A stretch of 64,000 nt of DNA, taken from positions 4,408,508-4,472,507 of the forward strand of contig MU058584.1 in assembly GCA_013265495.1 (NCBI GenBank), in the 5' to 3' direction. This DNA comes from Vicugna vicugna (Eukaryota). The position numbers and the translations under genes were made by a program. Position 1 is the first letter of the stretch, and every line of letters starts with the position of its first letter. Shown here one piece after another: positions 1 through 15,000 of this stretch. The notes under the pieces are model-generated. The model saw only the letters and a program-made list of their open reading frames with translations. It did no database searches and had not been told where the DNA came from.

Positions 1-45
1 GATACACGAATTCCAAACATTCTTCAAATGTCCTATAAACAAAGC
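1..45 (-). CDS. ADCY10: ADCY10 exon 30 (partial, truncated by the window edge)
   Basis: GFVYRTFEECLEFVY after a ttttttag acceptor at 46-47. Confidence 0.93.
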
Positions 46-3000
46 CTAAAAAAGAGAGAAACGGGAGAGCCTGGCTGGTGGATGGAGGAGAATTTTCCAC
101 TGTCTCTGATGACTTTATGAATCCAAAGGGTCCCCTGGATCACATCAACCAGGTGACTGCAATGCCCTGTGTTGGCGGAGTCCCTGCTTTTGTGGAAGCT
201 GACACATGTACGATAGAATGCCGCAGTATCAACTGAGCAGGAGTGGGCTTTAAACCAACCCTCCCTGCCTGAGACTGAGGAGTCAGCCTCAGCGCAGGCT
301 GGGACTTTGTCTTCCTACCCATACGTCCCTCATTGGCAGTGATACCTGCATCCCCTTTGAAAATACCTGTCGGAAAAAGAATGCTGAGGTTGGCCCCTCT
401 GGTTTATTATGTACCCTGAAGCCTTCCTACCTGGTGTCACCTGAAAGTTACCAGGGAAGAATTTGTTGTCCGAATCACCAACAGCTACCAGTGCCTGGAA
501 CCCTCACATTAGCAGCCCAAACCTTCATTTTAAAGCATGAAGTCGCCAAGTCTACCCTGCTAAAAATTAAATACCCTAATAGAAGGCACATAGTGACAAT
601 ATCAGTCAGTGTCTCTTGTGTGCAAATTAATCTGACACTTTAACTGGCAGCTTAAATTCTAAATTCTCCTCCTTGCTGGTCCCTTAAAATCCTTGCACCT
701 TCTAGACAGCTTCCTGAGCTCCAAACACCAGGCTCTTCCCCCTTCCCTGTCCTAGCCAGAAACCCAGTAGTCTCAGAGCCCCCACCCTGATAGTTGCCAC
801 CCCACACCTACACAAGTGTCATGCCCTCAGTTTCTTATCAATTCCAAGGCCAGGCTCACCAGAATAAAGCATGATGTCCAGGCATATGAAATAGAAAAAG
901 GCCTTGCTGAAAATGTGCTCTTCTGCTACAGAAAGATCCCACAGCCACCCCAGCACCTGGATCAGCTGCTTGTATCTACAGGAAAGGAAAAGTGGTAGGA
1001 TTAAAACGTGATAGGCGGGAGGTGAGGAAGTCCAGTCCTGGTCTCAGTCCTGCCCAGCGATTCGGGACCAAACGCGATCAGTTAAACAGACTTCAAACCC
1101 ACTCCTAAATCTCAAATGGGCAATTTGTTCAAACTTTTCTTTCACAGACTTCTCTATCAGAGTGACCGCAGTCAGTCCATGTTGGCCTGGGTCTCTGGTC
1201 TTGGTTGCTGTCCTCGGGGCATTTGCCTTCCCTGTGAGACCGTTCACTTTCTGTCACCTGGCAGTGACGGAGGCCTGATTTCCACAGTGGGGGTGACTGT
1301 CTGACTTTCCTCCAGTCACTGGACCGGAGCGGTGGTTTCCAAAGGATGACGGTCATCAGTTACATCAGCTTAGGGTAAACTGTGCTCCCTCCCCCACTCG
1401 ATGCCAGGGTGAAGTGAACCCAGAACATTCCACTAATATGGCTTTCTTTCCCTAATTTTGGAACACGCCTTAAGATAAATACCTGTTTTTCAAGAATAAG
1501 GATTTACTAAGCCAGCAGAGGACCAGACAGTGTTTGTCAGGATTCTGAAGCAATGCCCACATCTTGTGGGCTCGAGAGCCTGGGAAGAAAACAATGCCAG
1601 TCTATTTCTGGGCATTACTTGTGTTTGCACGTCCCTTCTTGACCAGCCAGCCCTTACCTAAGTCAATGGCCAAGTCCAAGTCACCCATTAGGAGCTTGAT
1701 GTAGCTAAGCGCATGGGCCACGTAGGTCACGATTTCAATGCTCTTGCGTTTCTCGGGGAGGTTGAAGATGTGCTCGATGGCCATGATCTCATATTTGAAC
1801 CATGTGCCCTGGTAGCCAGCCAGATGGTGGTGCAGCGAATAGTCCAGGTAGGCCTTAATGATCTGAAATGGCAGCAGTGAGAGAAGGAGAGCAGGGCAAG
1901 ACTGGGATGGAACCCAAAGCAGAAAGTCCAGGATATCATTCAACGCCTGCCAGTAAACAGGGATTTACGAAGCTTGGAAATGGAGCTGGACATTTGACCA
2001 AACCATGGGCCTCGACACAGAAATTAAGTTGAGTTTCTGCCACCTATTTAACGCATGATCCAGGACAAGCTCAATGGCCCCTTTTGCCCTCAGAGCATCC
2101 TTAAACAAAATAGAAGAATTTTAACTTGGAGGAAAAATAAAAGCAGTATGTGGATATATGACTGCATAGCAAAAAGCCTGGAAGGATTCACTCCAAACTG
2201 TAAATAGCAGTTACATATTTGCTGGGGTTGAAGGAGAGATTTAAGAAGAGAAACTTTGCTTTTTACTGCATGCATTTCTGTGATGTTTAATTTGTTATAA
2301 CAGCATGTGTTACTTTTGTTATTTAATAGCAAAGGAAGGTTGGTTTGGTTTTGTTTGATTTAAAACTATATATATAAGGACTAATTCTAAACCTAATTGG
2401 GAGATTTAAGAGAAGTTGGTTACTCAAACAACTCTAAAATGATAAAGTTGCATCAAGATATAAATGCTTAGAGAAGGATGAGGGGAAAACAGTTCTTGCT
2501 AAAGTGACAGTTCATTATGAAAAACAAAAACAAAAATAGAATACATAGAAACTGCAAACAGGAGAAATACAGAATCCCTCATGGTAGAATGGTGGGGGAG
2601 GCATTTTGGAGAAAGGAACTTTTTTCGTGAAATTCCTCAAATTGCAGAAAATAAACAGTCCGAAAATTCTGTGTTATAGGCAAGTCTGTGGGTGCTTGTT
2701 AAACCACAAAGTGAATCTCAAGGAATTCCTTTATTCCTTGATTAAAACATGTTTCAGATAACCCTACCAGGAGGGAAGGACTTGTGGTGGAAGACAGGAT
2801 CATTGGGCAAATGAAAAATCAGAGCTGAAATGAAGCCTAGTTCTTCTGGTATTTGGACCAAGAGAATTGAACCCAACTGAACTGCTTCACTTTATGAGAA
2901 AAATATAAAGCTCAGAGTTCTATGATTTGCCAGTGGTCACACCACAAATAGGTGGAGTCCTAGAAACTTCCCTCTGGGCACTCATTCTGGTTCTTTCTCC

Positions 3001-6000
3001 AGGGAAGCATTTTCCCCAGCTCTTCTGCCCTCAGTTACTGCCCTCTTGTTAACAAGTATCTTTTGATTCACTTTCCAATTGTGACTTTTCCATTTTAGTC
3101 TCCCTCGCGCCCCCCCCAACTCCATCACATTTTTAGGAGACAGCCCCAAGGGTAGAGGAGGAATAAACCATTTCATTCAATAAATATTTGTCGAGTACCT
3201 ACTATGTATTGGACACCATTCTAGGAACTCAGGGTGTAAACGAGAAAACAGGTACTTCCTTGGGGTCCCTGAGACCCTTTCAAAAACTACACAAAGAAAG
3301 TAAAGCTAGTTTCATGACATCAAGTGATTATTTGTGTCAGGAAAAAGAGTGAAAGATCTTGAAATGGGCCAAAATAAACCAAAAAATTCAGTGGGTGTCC
3401 TGTCTAGCTCACTCATCAAGGTTGTCTCTGCCTTTCATTGTCTTTGGGCTGCTTTACAATTCTGCATGCAGTAGAAACCATAATAATGTAAATTATTCTT
3501 TTTCATAGAAACATAAGTGTTCAGTAGAATAGATTCTTGCCCTGTGACTAGTTATGCATCCATTCATAAATCAAATTTTCCTTGGGACCAGCTGTAACAT
3601 CTTACTAGTTCTCTCACTAATTTTAATGAGCTCAGTAAAATCTTTGACGTGTTTTTTTGTATTTGTGTGAGTCATGATTTTATCTTTTTAAAAAGAATTA
3701 TCCTTTTACCTTTTCCTTTTTCACCCTTATTGTCTCAAAAGTACAATGCGGAGTCTTCCGGGGGAGAATTAAGTACAAGGGAGTGAAGGTAGGAGCAGAT
3801 GGAGAATCCAGCTGTCTTCTGTGAAGTCAGACACTAAGATATTTGCAAAAATGAAGTACATACAATTCTCACTAAATTTTTTGTTCGGGGAAAATGAGGT
3901 TTGTTTTTTTTTTTCAATGAAGATGTTTATTATATTGATATGTAATGGGTTTATTTTCTTCAACAAATTATTTTTTTATTATCTAGTTTTTGTTTTTTAT
4001 ATGATAATATCAATAGCTACAACCTATAGAAATAAAAGCCATGTGAGGTCCACAATCATTAAGAGCATAAAGGGGTCCTGGGACCAAAATGTTTGAGAAC
4101 TGATGGCTCAGCAGAACCAGCCAGCCAGGAAGGCTTTTATTAAATCTTCATGATTTTGAATTTCCACTGGCTTTCACTAACTAGGCTTTCCTCTTCAAAT
4201 GAGATTCAGAAATGTAAAAAGCAGCTACAAAAACACCCTACCTGGAAGTCATCTTGAGTTTCCAGTGCAGTGTTCACTTGCATCACTGCTGCCAAGTGGC
4301 TATAATACTTGTAGTGAAAAAAGTAATTTAAGCTATAGATCTGCCACAGCAAGGAGAAGCAGGTGGTTTGCTGGTAAAGTTGCGCCAGCCTCTTCTTCCT
4401 ATTAGAGTATACACAGGGGACATAAAAAGAAGGTATTGTCACCAGCATGCTTGAGGGGAACACAGGTGCAGAGTTCTCACTACTGGCTTGGGCATCAAAA
4501 CAGGCTTGAGTTTGAGGTCTGTTTCCTTTATGTGGAAATTAACATGTACGTTAATTTTTATGATGCACATTTTCTCCACTGCACAGTGGGGACCATAATA
4601 CCTACTTTGTGATGATGAATTAAGATAATCTATGTAAATCACCTGTCCCCTGTCAGGGCATTGCCATTTAAATGAAGTTATTTTAAAAAGCACATTTATA
4701 TCCTTCATCACATTTGATTCTGATGACAACCCTGTAAGAAGGGAAGGAATAATTAACCCCAATTTACATAAACGGAAGGTGAGACTCAGACGGGTTAAGT
4801 AATTAACTCATAGTCACACAGCTAGAATGTGGTGGTGCCAGGACTCCAGCCCTGTCCACCTCCAGCCCGGCCAGTCCAGCGTGTGGTTTCCTGCATTACA
4901 CATTGTTGTCAGGAGCTAGGGTCTCAGCTCAAAAAAGGAAATGAACATTTTAAACAACTCCAGTCTGCTGTGGTCTGAATGCATTTCCCCCTGCCAAATT
5001 CATATGTTGAATTCTAACTCAAAAGTGATGGTAATAGTGGGCGGGGTCTTAAGGACATAATTAGAACATGAGGGTGGAAACTTCATGAATGGGATTAGTG
5101 TTCTTATAAAAGAGATTCATTCCACAGAGTTCCCTGGACCCTTTTCACCATGTGTGGATACAAAGTCTGTGACCCCAAAGAGGGCCCTCTCTCCCCTAAT
5201 CATGCTGGTGCTCAGGCTTCCAGCCTTTCAGAACTGTAAGCAATAAACTTAGCTGTTTATAAGCCACTCAGTCTGCGGTGTTTTCTTCTAGAGCCCAAAG
5301 AGACTACATTCCAACAATGGAATGGGACGTCACAGGAGATGGTGAGCTTCCCGTGCTGGAAGTATTCAAGGGGACGATGGCTGAGCACCTACCAAAAATG
5401 CTCGGGGTCTTGGTCTCAGTCTCAACAAGTCATTTAACTGATAATGCAGCCCTGAATCCTCTCTACTGGTGATAAAAATGGAATCCTGAACTGGCTGCAA
5501 TATTAGTGATTTAACAAAGCCAAGAAAACAAAATATCATTAGAAATAGCTATGAGGGGTGGGGCATAGCTCAGGGGTAGAGTGTGTGCCTAGCATGCATG
5601 ACGTCCTGGGTTCACTATTAAAAATAAATAAACCTAATTACCTGCCCCCCACCAAAAACCAACTGAAAAATCAAGAAATGGCTATCAAATGTAGATTTTG
5701 AATAAAGATGAAAAGGAAGAGATATCCTAGAGTTAAGAATAATTCCAAGTACTTTAGACACTTATGACACATATTCTGTTGTGGTAATTTTTTTTTTTTT
5801 AAGATTCTAAAGGAAACATGGAGAAGGTAAAACCCCTTATAATATAGGGAGTTCATGAAGTTGTAGAAACTCTGACATTAAATATTCTTTCCTATGAGCC
5901 TCATTCTTGAGATGAGAACCTTTTGATCTGAGAGTAATTTTAAGCCAATAGTTCTGTAGTTTCTTTCTCATGCATCACTTTTTCACCTTCTCCCTTTGTG

Positions 6001-9000
6001 AGGGTACTTCTTATTCCTTTTACAAAGTGTGGTTGTAAATTAGGCTTGTCAGATTTAAGGATGCTCAGTTAAATCTGAATTTCAAACAATGAATAATTCT
6101 TCTGGAATGCATATGTCCTAAATATTTTGTGTGATATAATGTACACTAAAAAAAGAAAATCATTCATTGTTGATCTGAACTTCCAATTTAACTAGGCCTC
6201 CTGTATTTCACCTGGCCACCCTTGGAGTTGTGATCCAAACTTCAATTGTCTCTTACCTCTCAGAGAGATCACTCCTGAACCTCTCCCCTTTCCTCCCTAT
6301 CCTGGTGTCTCCCAAGGCAGCAGGCTTAGATTCCTGGGAGCCTGTCCCCAGTCCACAAAGGAGCTCAGCTCCACCTCATTTCCACCCCTACAGTCAAGGG
6401 AATGCTTTTGGGAAACTGGGGAAGGCCATTTTTCGTGGGGTTGCAAATGAATTGCAGAAACTTGCTTAAAGAAATAGATGTTTGTGTCTCAGGCAGAACC
6501 TGTAGGAATATTGCTGCTGGCCTCTCCCAAGATGGAAGAGATTTCTTCTGCCAGCTCTCCAGATCCCCAGTTAGGTGGCCTCTCCCTTGGTATGAATTGC
6601 TAGGTAGGTAGAATATATTTTAAAAACTTTTACTGTCGGAAATTGCAAACATGCACACACAGTAAAACAAAAATATAATGAACCACATGCACCCAGCACT
6701 CAGCTTCAACAACTATCAGCATTCTTATTGCACCCGTCCTTATACTCACTGCTTCCCTTCCCCACCCCACCTCATTATTTTTTCTGTTGTTCTTTTATAG
6801 ATAAAATTTACATACATTGAAAAGTACAAATCCCTAATGATATAATCTTGACCGATGGATACCGACCGCCATTTAACCCACATATCCTAAGAGACACAAA
6901 AATGGGTGGGCCGTTTTGTCTTTTGGCAGATGTCTTGAGGGCCTGCCATTTATCTTTGGGGCAGGGAGCATACCCAGGGTTTTAGCACCTAATTGAAAGA
7001 GGGCTTGTGATTGAGGATCTAGGAACAGGTGGTGCAGATTCCGCTGGAACATGGATGGCCAGAGGGGTTAGTGGGTGAGATGAGTAGGAAGGGGCTTGGA
7101 GCTCACCATGAAAAGGGCTCCCTGAAGTTTTTGTCACCTGCACTCCGTTTGGCAATAGCTGTCTGTTAAGTTGTTCTGAGGTAACCCAGCCCTGGCCTGG
7201 GAGTCCCGCCCCTACTTACTCCCTCCCCTACCCATGAGCCACGAGGAGTCCTTGCGCCCCCTAGAGGCCCAGACTTTGGGGACTGACTGTTGGACTACGT
7301 GTGGTGAGATGAGACACCCAGCTCTCCCCAGCGTCTTCCTTACCCTGGAGGTGAGCTCTCTTGGGCCTGCTGATTCTGATTGATATAATGAAAGTGTCTG
7401 TTTTTCTCAACATGTGTCTGGAGAAACAAGGAAATTAAATTGTAAGGAAAGATTCGATTGAGGAGCTTCAGGGCCTTCCTTAGCATCTTCTTGGCAATCA
7501 CCATCTGGCCCATGTTGAAACAGACCTACAAGGAGAAGAAAGGGGAAGAGAGGAAAAGAAGAAAGGCAGTGATTCCAGACTTGGTTGGTATGTTCCAAAA
7601 TCACATAGTTTTGGAATCTTAACAACAAAAAAGGTCATTTAAGGCCCAGGAACAAAATCCCCCTGTGCCGAGCATAACTGTAAACATTTATTGGATGTAT
7701 ACATGAAAAATGTTTAAATGACTATGATTTAGCATCCTCCTTGTTCATCATCTACCCCTAAGGAAATGTCTATCCATTCATGTCCATTTTGGGAGGTTGA
7801 TAGAAAAATATTTCATAAAGATGTCAAGCGAGAGGATAAGGCAGATCTTGCTATTGGCAAATGATGGTGAGGAGGTTTGAGTCCTGGGGCTTGGGGTTCT
7901 GGAGTCTTGGAAAGGATGTGTGGCAGAGGATGGGTGGAGGATGCAGAATGTATAGGGATGACTTTTACTTCTTCTATGTAAAGCCTCAATGGTAAATAAC
8001 AGGGTAATCATGTTTTTAATGGTTTCTTACCTGACCTTTGAGGGTATAAAAGGTAGCTGACTCAAAAGTCTTACTCCAAGATTTTTCCTTCTTGAGAGTT
8101 TTCAGCATCCTCTCTCCCTCATTCAAATATATGTAAGCCTGCAACCAGCACAAGGAGTAGAAGGCGTTGAGTCAGCAGGGATCTGGACCACAGAGGGGCC
8201 ATTGCCCCAGTCTCTACTGAAGAAATAGAAGCAGGACCACTCCAGCTCCCACCTCCACCTCTCTACCTTCAGCTCCTGATTAGAAAGGGCCTTCAAGCTC
8301 TAGACAGAAGTGACAGGGAAAGTTCCCACTGAAGATGTAGGTCACCTTCATGTCCATCTTGGTCCACTGAATCTCTCATGCTAGAGGATGAATCTAGAAA
8401 TCTCTCCCTTTCCTCATGTTGTCACAGAAGTCACCTCTCCTGAAGTTTTCTCTAAGGCAATTTCCTTCTTTAAGTAATTCCACCCCCAACCTCCCTATTT
8501 CCAACACTTTACTCACAGCCCCTGAGAGCATCCCCACATCTATGGGAAGCCAGCCTCTACCTTTGGAGTACGTTATGAACCACCCCCATTTCCTTTGCCA
8601 GGGCCATCTTTGGGAGGTGGAAGAGGAAGGTAAGGCCCCGGGCAACCTTCCTCACTTCATCTTCAACGTTCTGTGACATCGTGAGGAGTGTCTTGGTAAT
8701 TGGCAACACCAAGGTAAGGTCAGAATTGAAGAGCAAAATAAGGTGAGGCAGTGTCCCCAAGTCTAGCACAGCCTAACGAGTATGTGTGGGAGGCAGAGAG
8801 AAGGAGACACGAGTTGGCCACCAGCGCCGGTCCTACCAGATTTGTCTCACTGGGAGAGGCATGCTTTGGGACCTTTTACTGGGGCTTTGCTTCCAGTCAC
8901 TGTCTTCCTGATCATTCACCACCCCCTTCAGAGCGAGATGGGGGTATGCAGAGGTACAGCAAGTTGCCCTCCAAGGCTACCTAAACCTTCTGCTCCTGGG

Positions 9001-12000
9001 ACCCGCTGGCCACATCACTCCTTCCTTCACATGTGTGTATAAAGTATGCACAGGAGACTTTCATCCTTTTGGGGGAGGGGGCAAATAATTAGGTTTACTT
9101 ACTTATTTATTTATTTTTAATAGTGGTGCTGGGGATTGAACCCAGGACCTCCTGCACACTAAGCATGCGCTCTGCCACTGAGCTATACCCTCCCCCGGCT
9201 CCAAGGAGACTTTCATTCTTAACACAAAGACTTGAAAGAACCAGGGCTTACTGACATTTTTAATGGTTTTATTTCAAAATTTTATATAAATCTAAGGTGT
9301 GAGGGTTGATTAGGCTTTTGTGATCAACAGCAACTGTGAAATATGGAACCACCAGTGCAGGAATGAAGGATGGTGGTCCTGGCTACCCAGGTGTGCGAAG
9401 CTCTTCCTGAAGCTGGCTGGAGTCAGATGAAGCGAGGCCCAGAAAGGCATTTCCTCACGTGAGTTTCATGGAAGCTTAGTCCAGCCAGCTGCTCTATGAA
9501 AAGCGATCTAACGTCCAATACATTTGAGAGAAACACTATGGCCCAGTCCTAGCCCAACCTTCTGGGAGATTTCTATGTACCTCAGCATGTTAAGGCCCTG
9601 AGATACCTGTAGTACAGAAACCTATTTAGCTTTATTCAGCTCAGCGCTTCCCAACTTACTTACCAATGAATTCTTTTTATTTCATTATATGTATCAAATT
9701 CCCCCATTTCTGAGGGCATGTTGCCCTGGAAACCTATTTACAATTATCCTGGAGAAACTTTCACTAGTGCTTTGGTGGCCTAAAGGGATGTATAATAATT
9801 TAGCACAAATTACATGAAGACCAGAGTGAGTGAGCACCATTGGGGATCACTAGATTAAAACCGGATCTGTGCTTATGCAAAGACCTATGGGAATTTGTGC
9901 TCACAGGTATCTGGGGAAGACAAAGGGCAAATGTTGCCAGGATGTTTCTCAGAAAGACTCCACTGAAACTGAAGAGCTAAGACCAGGGATCCCATATTGG
10001 TAGACAATTCACAGCAAGTTTCTAAAGGTGGCAATATTTTAAATGATGTATAATGGTAGTTTTGCAGTTTGTTCTGACTTTCTTTTCTCAGTCTCAGGTC
10101 ATTTCCCTTCTGAGCAATTTGATTTTCAAAGGAAAGGGGTGTGTTGGTAGGAATCAAGAACATGAAGCAATAAAAAAAGCACACTAGAGCTTTCCTGCTG
10201 GCTCTGGGGTCTGAACGCTGTTTCAGCGGTGAAGGGAATCTGGATAGAAACAGCTTACCATGTAATTATCACCCAAGATGAGATAAGCAGATGCGATTTC
10301 TAGGAAGTAATACAAGGCTTTGTTGTTTTCTCCCAAAGCCAGAAAATGGTGAGCCAGAGGAATGATGACAATCTCCACGATCTCTTCACACTGGCAGTTT
10401 TCCAGAGGGGTGATGTCTTCCTCAGATGTCCTCATTCTTGTTATAACGATGTCAAAGAAAGTCAAGATCTTTTCTCTTACTTCTTCAAAACTGTCCAAAT
10501 GCAGAAATAAATAAGGGTAATAACTTGTAGATATAGTATAGTTTTTGCTATGAAAAGATCTTCAAAAACAAATAAAAGAGCAAGATAAGAAAACCTAATG
10601 TAGGTAACTACTGAAGAAACTCACCACGCCGACCCTCCAGCATAGCCCACTTGTACCTAAAAGGCCCGAAGGACTGACCAGACAAGTGACTCTAACAGTG
10701 TTCTCACTTAATGCCAACTATTCATTGCTTCACCCCCTAAATAATTATCGGTGCATGTACCTGGGATTTCCAGAAAATCCTTCAGATTTCTTAAGAGTCT
10801 CTATTCTGGAAAAGGTGATCTCCTCTTCAGCTGGAAAACAGACACACGAATGAGTTGTATAGGTCATTGGCTGAGATGTCTGGTATTCACCAAGGATTCC
10901 TTGCTTTTTTTTTAAATGGAGGCACCAGACATTGAACCTACAGTCTTGTGCATGGTAAGAATGTGCTCTACCATTGAGCTATACCCACCCCCCAACAGGG
11001 ATTCCTTTTCCCCTTCCATGATAAATTTGTTGCCCAGCCAAGATCTACATTTCCCATTCCCCACTGCATCTTAGGTAAAGCCACGTGTTTAGTTTTTAAA
11101 AAATGGGATTCAATCAGAAGTAATATATGTCACCTCTGAACTGAGGTGGTTAGATATCTTCACCTTTTCCTTCCACAAGAAAACAAATTACTTGTGGGGA
11201 CCTACGGGATAGGAGCAAATCCACAAAATGGGAGGAGCCCGGGTCCCTGAATGACTGTGTACAGGGCCATTTGTCAAAACTCTCACTGCATCATTACATG
11301 GGCAGGAAAACGCGATCATCCTATTGTGTTAGCCACTCAGATGCTGGGGTTTGTTATAGATGGTAATACTATCCTAACTAATTTACCCTGCAATAACTCA
11401 AACTATGAATTAATGATGCTGAGGAAAGGGACGTCAGCTTCTAATGGGGAAATACAGACATGTAAATGTAACATCCCCAAAAAGCTAACTTAAGGGCAGA
11501 GAGCTTTGAATTTAAAAGCTTCAGTCTATCTAGACTTCAATAGGTCAGAAAATTCCATAATGATCTTAAGACAGAAAACAAATGAGGATTGTCGAATCTA
11601 GCCACTTCTCCATTTGGGGAGAAGGAAGAACCCTGGAGAGAGGAAGGGACTTGTCTCAGATCATATATCTGTTAGTGATGAGGTAGGACCAGAACCTAGG
11701 TCTCCTGACTCCAAGGGGAATGCATTACTCCACAGGTCCTCTAATTCATAAAGTGCAGTTTGAACATCTTGTTATCACCATCTTCTGAAAGCCCCATAGA
11801 ATTAGTGCCTCAACTCGTGTGTGCCCACTGACTCCATGCAGACCTCTATGACAGTCCTTTATCACACTGCATAAGGATTAATTTGCCCACCTCCCCTAGT
11901 CTGTAGTCTAGTTCATCTCTAGTGACTACAAGTTGAATAAATTGAATTATGCCTTTAATCTCCTACTCCTCTAAAACTCTTCTTGTCAGGCTTATCGTTG

Positions 12001-15000
12001 ACAACCAAATCGCCAAATCCAAAGGTTACATCTCTGTCCACATCTTATTACACTCCTTGGCATCATTTACTATATATAAGGGACCACTCCCTTGTCTACC
12101 AGCTTTCGTAACATCCATTCCCTTGGTTCCCTCCCTCACTGGCTACCTACTTTGCTGGCTCCTACTCCTCTATCAACATTTCAATTGTTGGTAAGCCTCA
12201 GTTTGACTGTGGGCTCCCTTCTCCATCCAATTTCTCCCTAGGTAATTTCATCTGCCTGTGACTTTAAATTCTATTCATATGCCAATAACTTTAGGTTTTA
12301 CATTTCTAAGACCTGACATCCACCCTTAACTACAGACTCACATATCCAAGTGCCTCCTTGGCAACCGCCACTTGGATGCCCAATTTCAAAATTAACATGA
12401 TCCAAACGGAACTCTTGAATCTCTCTTCCATAAACCTATATCCACCAACATTTCCCCTAGCTTAGTAAGCGTATATATCCATTTTCTCAAGGCAAAAAAA
12501 CTAGGCAATGTCCTTGATTCTTTTCTTTCCTTCATTCCTATCCCAATCTGAGAAAAACAATGTTGGTTAAATAAAGCAAATAAAGTCAGAGTATACAAGA
12601 TATAGTTTTTGTCATTAGATCATGTACCCGTTGGGAGAATCATATTTTTAGCTCTCCATTTTCTTCATTTATGAAGGAAATATTAAAAATTCCTTCTTCA
12701 AATAGGATCTGTAAACACCAAAAGAAAAGAAATATGCAAAATTCTTATAGGTTCTCAGAAGAAAGAAGAAAAGTAGATATCACTTGCTCACCTTGTGGTT
12801 TCAAAGACTCAGAAATAAGACTTCAAGGTGAAAAGCTAACCTCTTTTGTTTATCTCCTGACCTCCAAGGCCAGGACATTTTACCCATTAAAAAGAGAATA
12901 AAATAATTTTTAATTAAGGTACAGATTGGAAGGGGTCAATTCCTGTCTCAGGATCGTTACACTGGCTGTCCCCTCTGCCTAGAATGCTCTTCCCCAGCCA
13001 TCCATCCAGCAGCATCTCTCACTTCCTTTGTCCTGCCTCCCACTGAGGGCTATCCTCATGGCACTGCATGCCGAATCCCCCTTGCCCTACCCAATAACTC
13101 TTTTCTCATTTTCTCTTTGGGATCACTTACACATACTACAGAATTTACTTCTTTGTTAGGTTTTTTTCCTCCATTGTCTACTTCTCCCCAGCAGAATGCT
13201 GTTTTGTTCCCTGGTGTATCTCAGGTGCCTAGAGCAATGTCTGGCACATGTCAGAAACCCAATAAATACTTGCTGAACGAGTCAATGAAACGTGGGGTGA
13301 AAAGGCATGTCCAGAAGATAAAGGAATGAAAGAAGCGGTCACTGAAGACATAGGTGGAGAAAGTGGGAGGAAGGACCCCAGGAGGGAGCCTGTGGGCTAC
13401 AGATCCTTCGAATGGACCAAGATTCAGAAAATAAGTTTTTAGGAAGGATGTGAGGATTGAAAGAGAATTGAAAGGGGAATCAACTTCCTCATTATCTGAT
13501 TCATATCTAATGCTGTGTCCCTGAACTTTTTACAATTATGTCCTGTTCCAATATTACCGAAAAGCATATCCCACACTTTGGGAGATTCAGGGGTAAAGGA
13601 CAGGGTGTCCAACCAAGACTGAAGTAGGATCTTATAAGGAAGACATTGCAAAAACAAAAGTTTCCCAAAGAACAGTTTCCTAGAAACTCCAAGAAAAATA
13701 AGCTTTTGTTAAGAAATCTATTCACAGTATATTACTTGGTTCTCTAGTGGACAGCATTTACACAGTCTTAATGTAAACACTTGATTGATTTATCTAATGA
13801 TGGTACTATAACAATATCAGGGGAGAGATGCCGAAGAGTGGTATAACAGCATTACATTCTCACCTACCATGGCAAGACTAAAACAGATAATGTCACAATT
13901 TGAATTTGTAAAAAGCAGCACAACACACCACTTAGTATATGGAGGTAATGACCAGAAAGAACAGCTGAGTTAAAAATGTTCCCCCCGGAGAAAAACTCCC
14001 AAAGGTATGCACGGCAGTCAGCCATGGGATTATTGCTTTTATGGCAGAACTTTCAGGAACTCTAAAAATGTCTCTATTTAAAGGTATCGAGTTGATAGCC
14101 TTTTAAACAGGTGAAAAATTCTGATAAGGGAAATAATAGGGTCCTGGCCTCACTCAGGTAGAGGTGCTAAGGGAAGCGTGTCAGCAGACATGACTCAGAG
14201 ACATCTGGTCACATGGGCTCCAGAGCAAAGCTGTTAAAGCACATTGGAGAACCCAAAATAGTGAGTTGGTTTCTCTGATGGCCCTAGCCAGCCTGCTTAA
14301 GACCACCCAACTGCTCAGATTGACCCGTCTGCTAGCTGTCAGCTGATTTTAGCCCTCACCAAATAAATCAAACCATGTATAATATTATATATGTATTTTA
14401 TATAAATACATATAAATACATATATGTGTGTATATGTATTTTATACATAATCATATATGTATTTTATACATAATTTATTAATATGTATTTTACATCACTT
14501 ATATTATTATATATAAAGTAAGACTCATGGATCCCACACAGTCTGGAATATCCTTTCCCTTTCCTCTTATCTCTGGCAGTCTACTCTCTACTGTCACTGC
14601 TTTCATTGGTGCTTTGGCTATGGCCCTGTGTTGGATCCTTCACTGAAGCTCCCTTGATCTAGGCATGCAGCCTCTTTCGCCCTCTACTGCCTGCCTTCTT
14701 AGTCCCTGTATTTTAATTTTAGCAGGCCACTCCTTGGGGTCTTCTCACACTCCCAAGGGTACTTTTGAGAACAACTTAAAATGGCTCCAGGCTGGCTTTT
14801 TCTCCCAGGTGAGTTATATCTGCTCTATGGGAAATCCTCACACATCCTTTCCCGAACTCAGGGAGGGCAGCCACAGGCCCCTTTAGCCGTCTTAGGCATG
14901 AGATCTTCAGTGTCCTCTAACCCATTCCAAGGAAGACACCTTCTTAGGGTTGAGGTATGAAGGAAGCCACCCACTTGAGTGTACACAGTACCTCTTCAGT

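Noticed and set aside
13439..13657. ORF fragment FRDTALDMNQIMRKL resembling the end of exon 21 (a duplicated exon)
   Set aside because: The similarity is a few residues with no nucleotide-level match to exon 21, so it is probably chance
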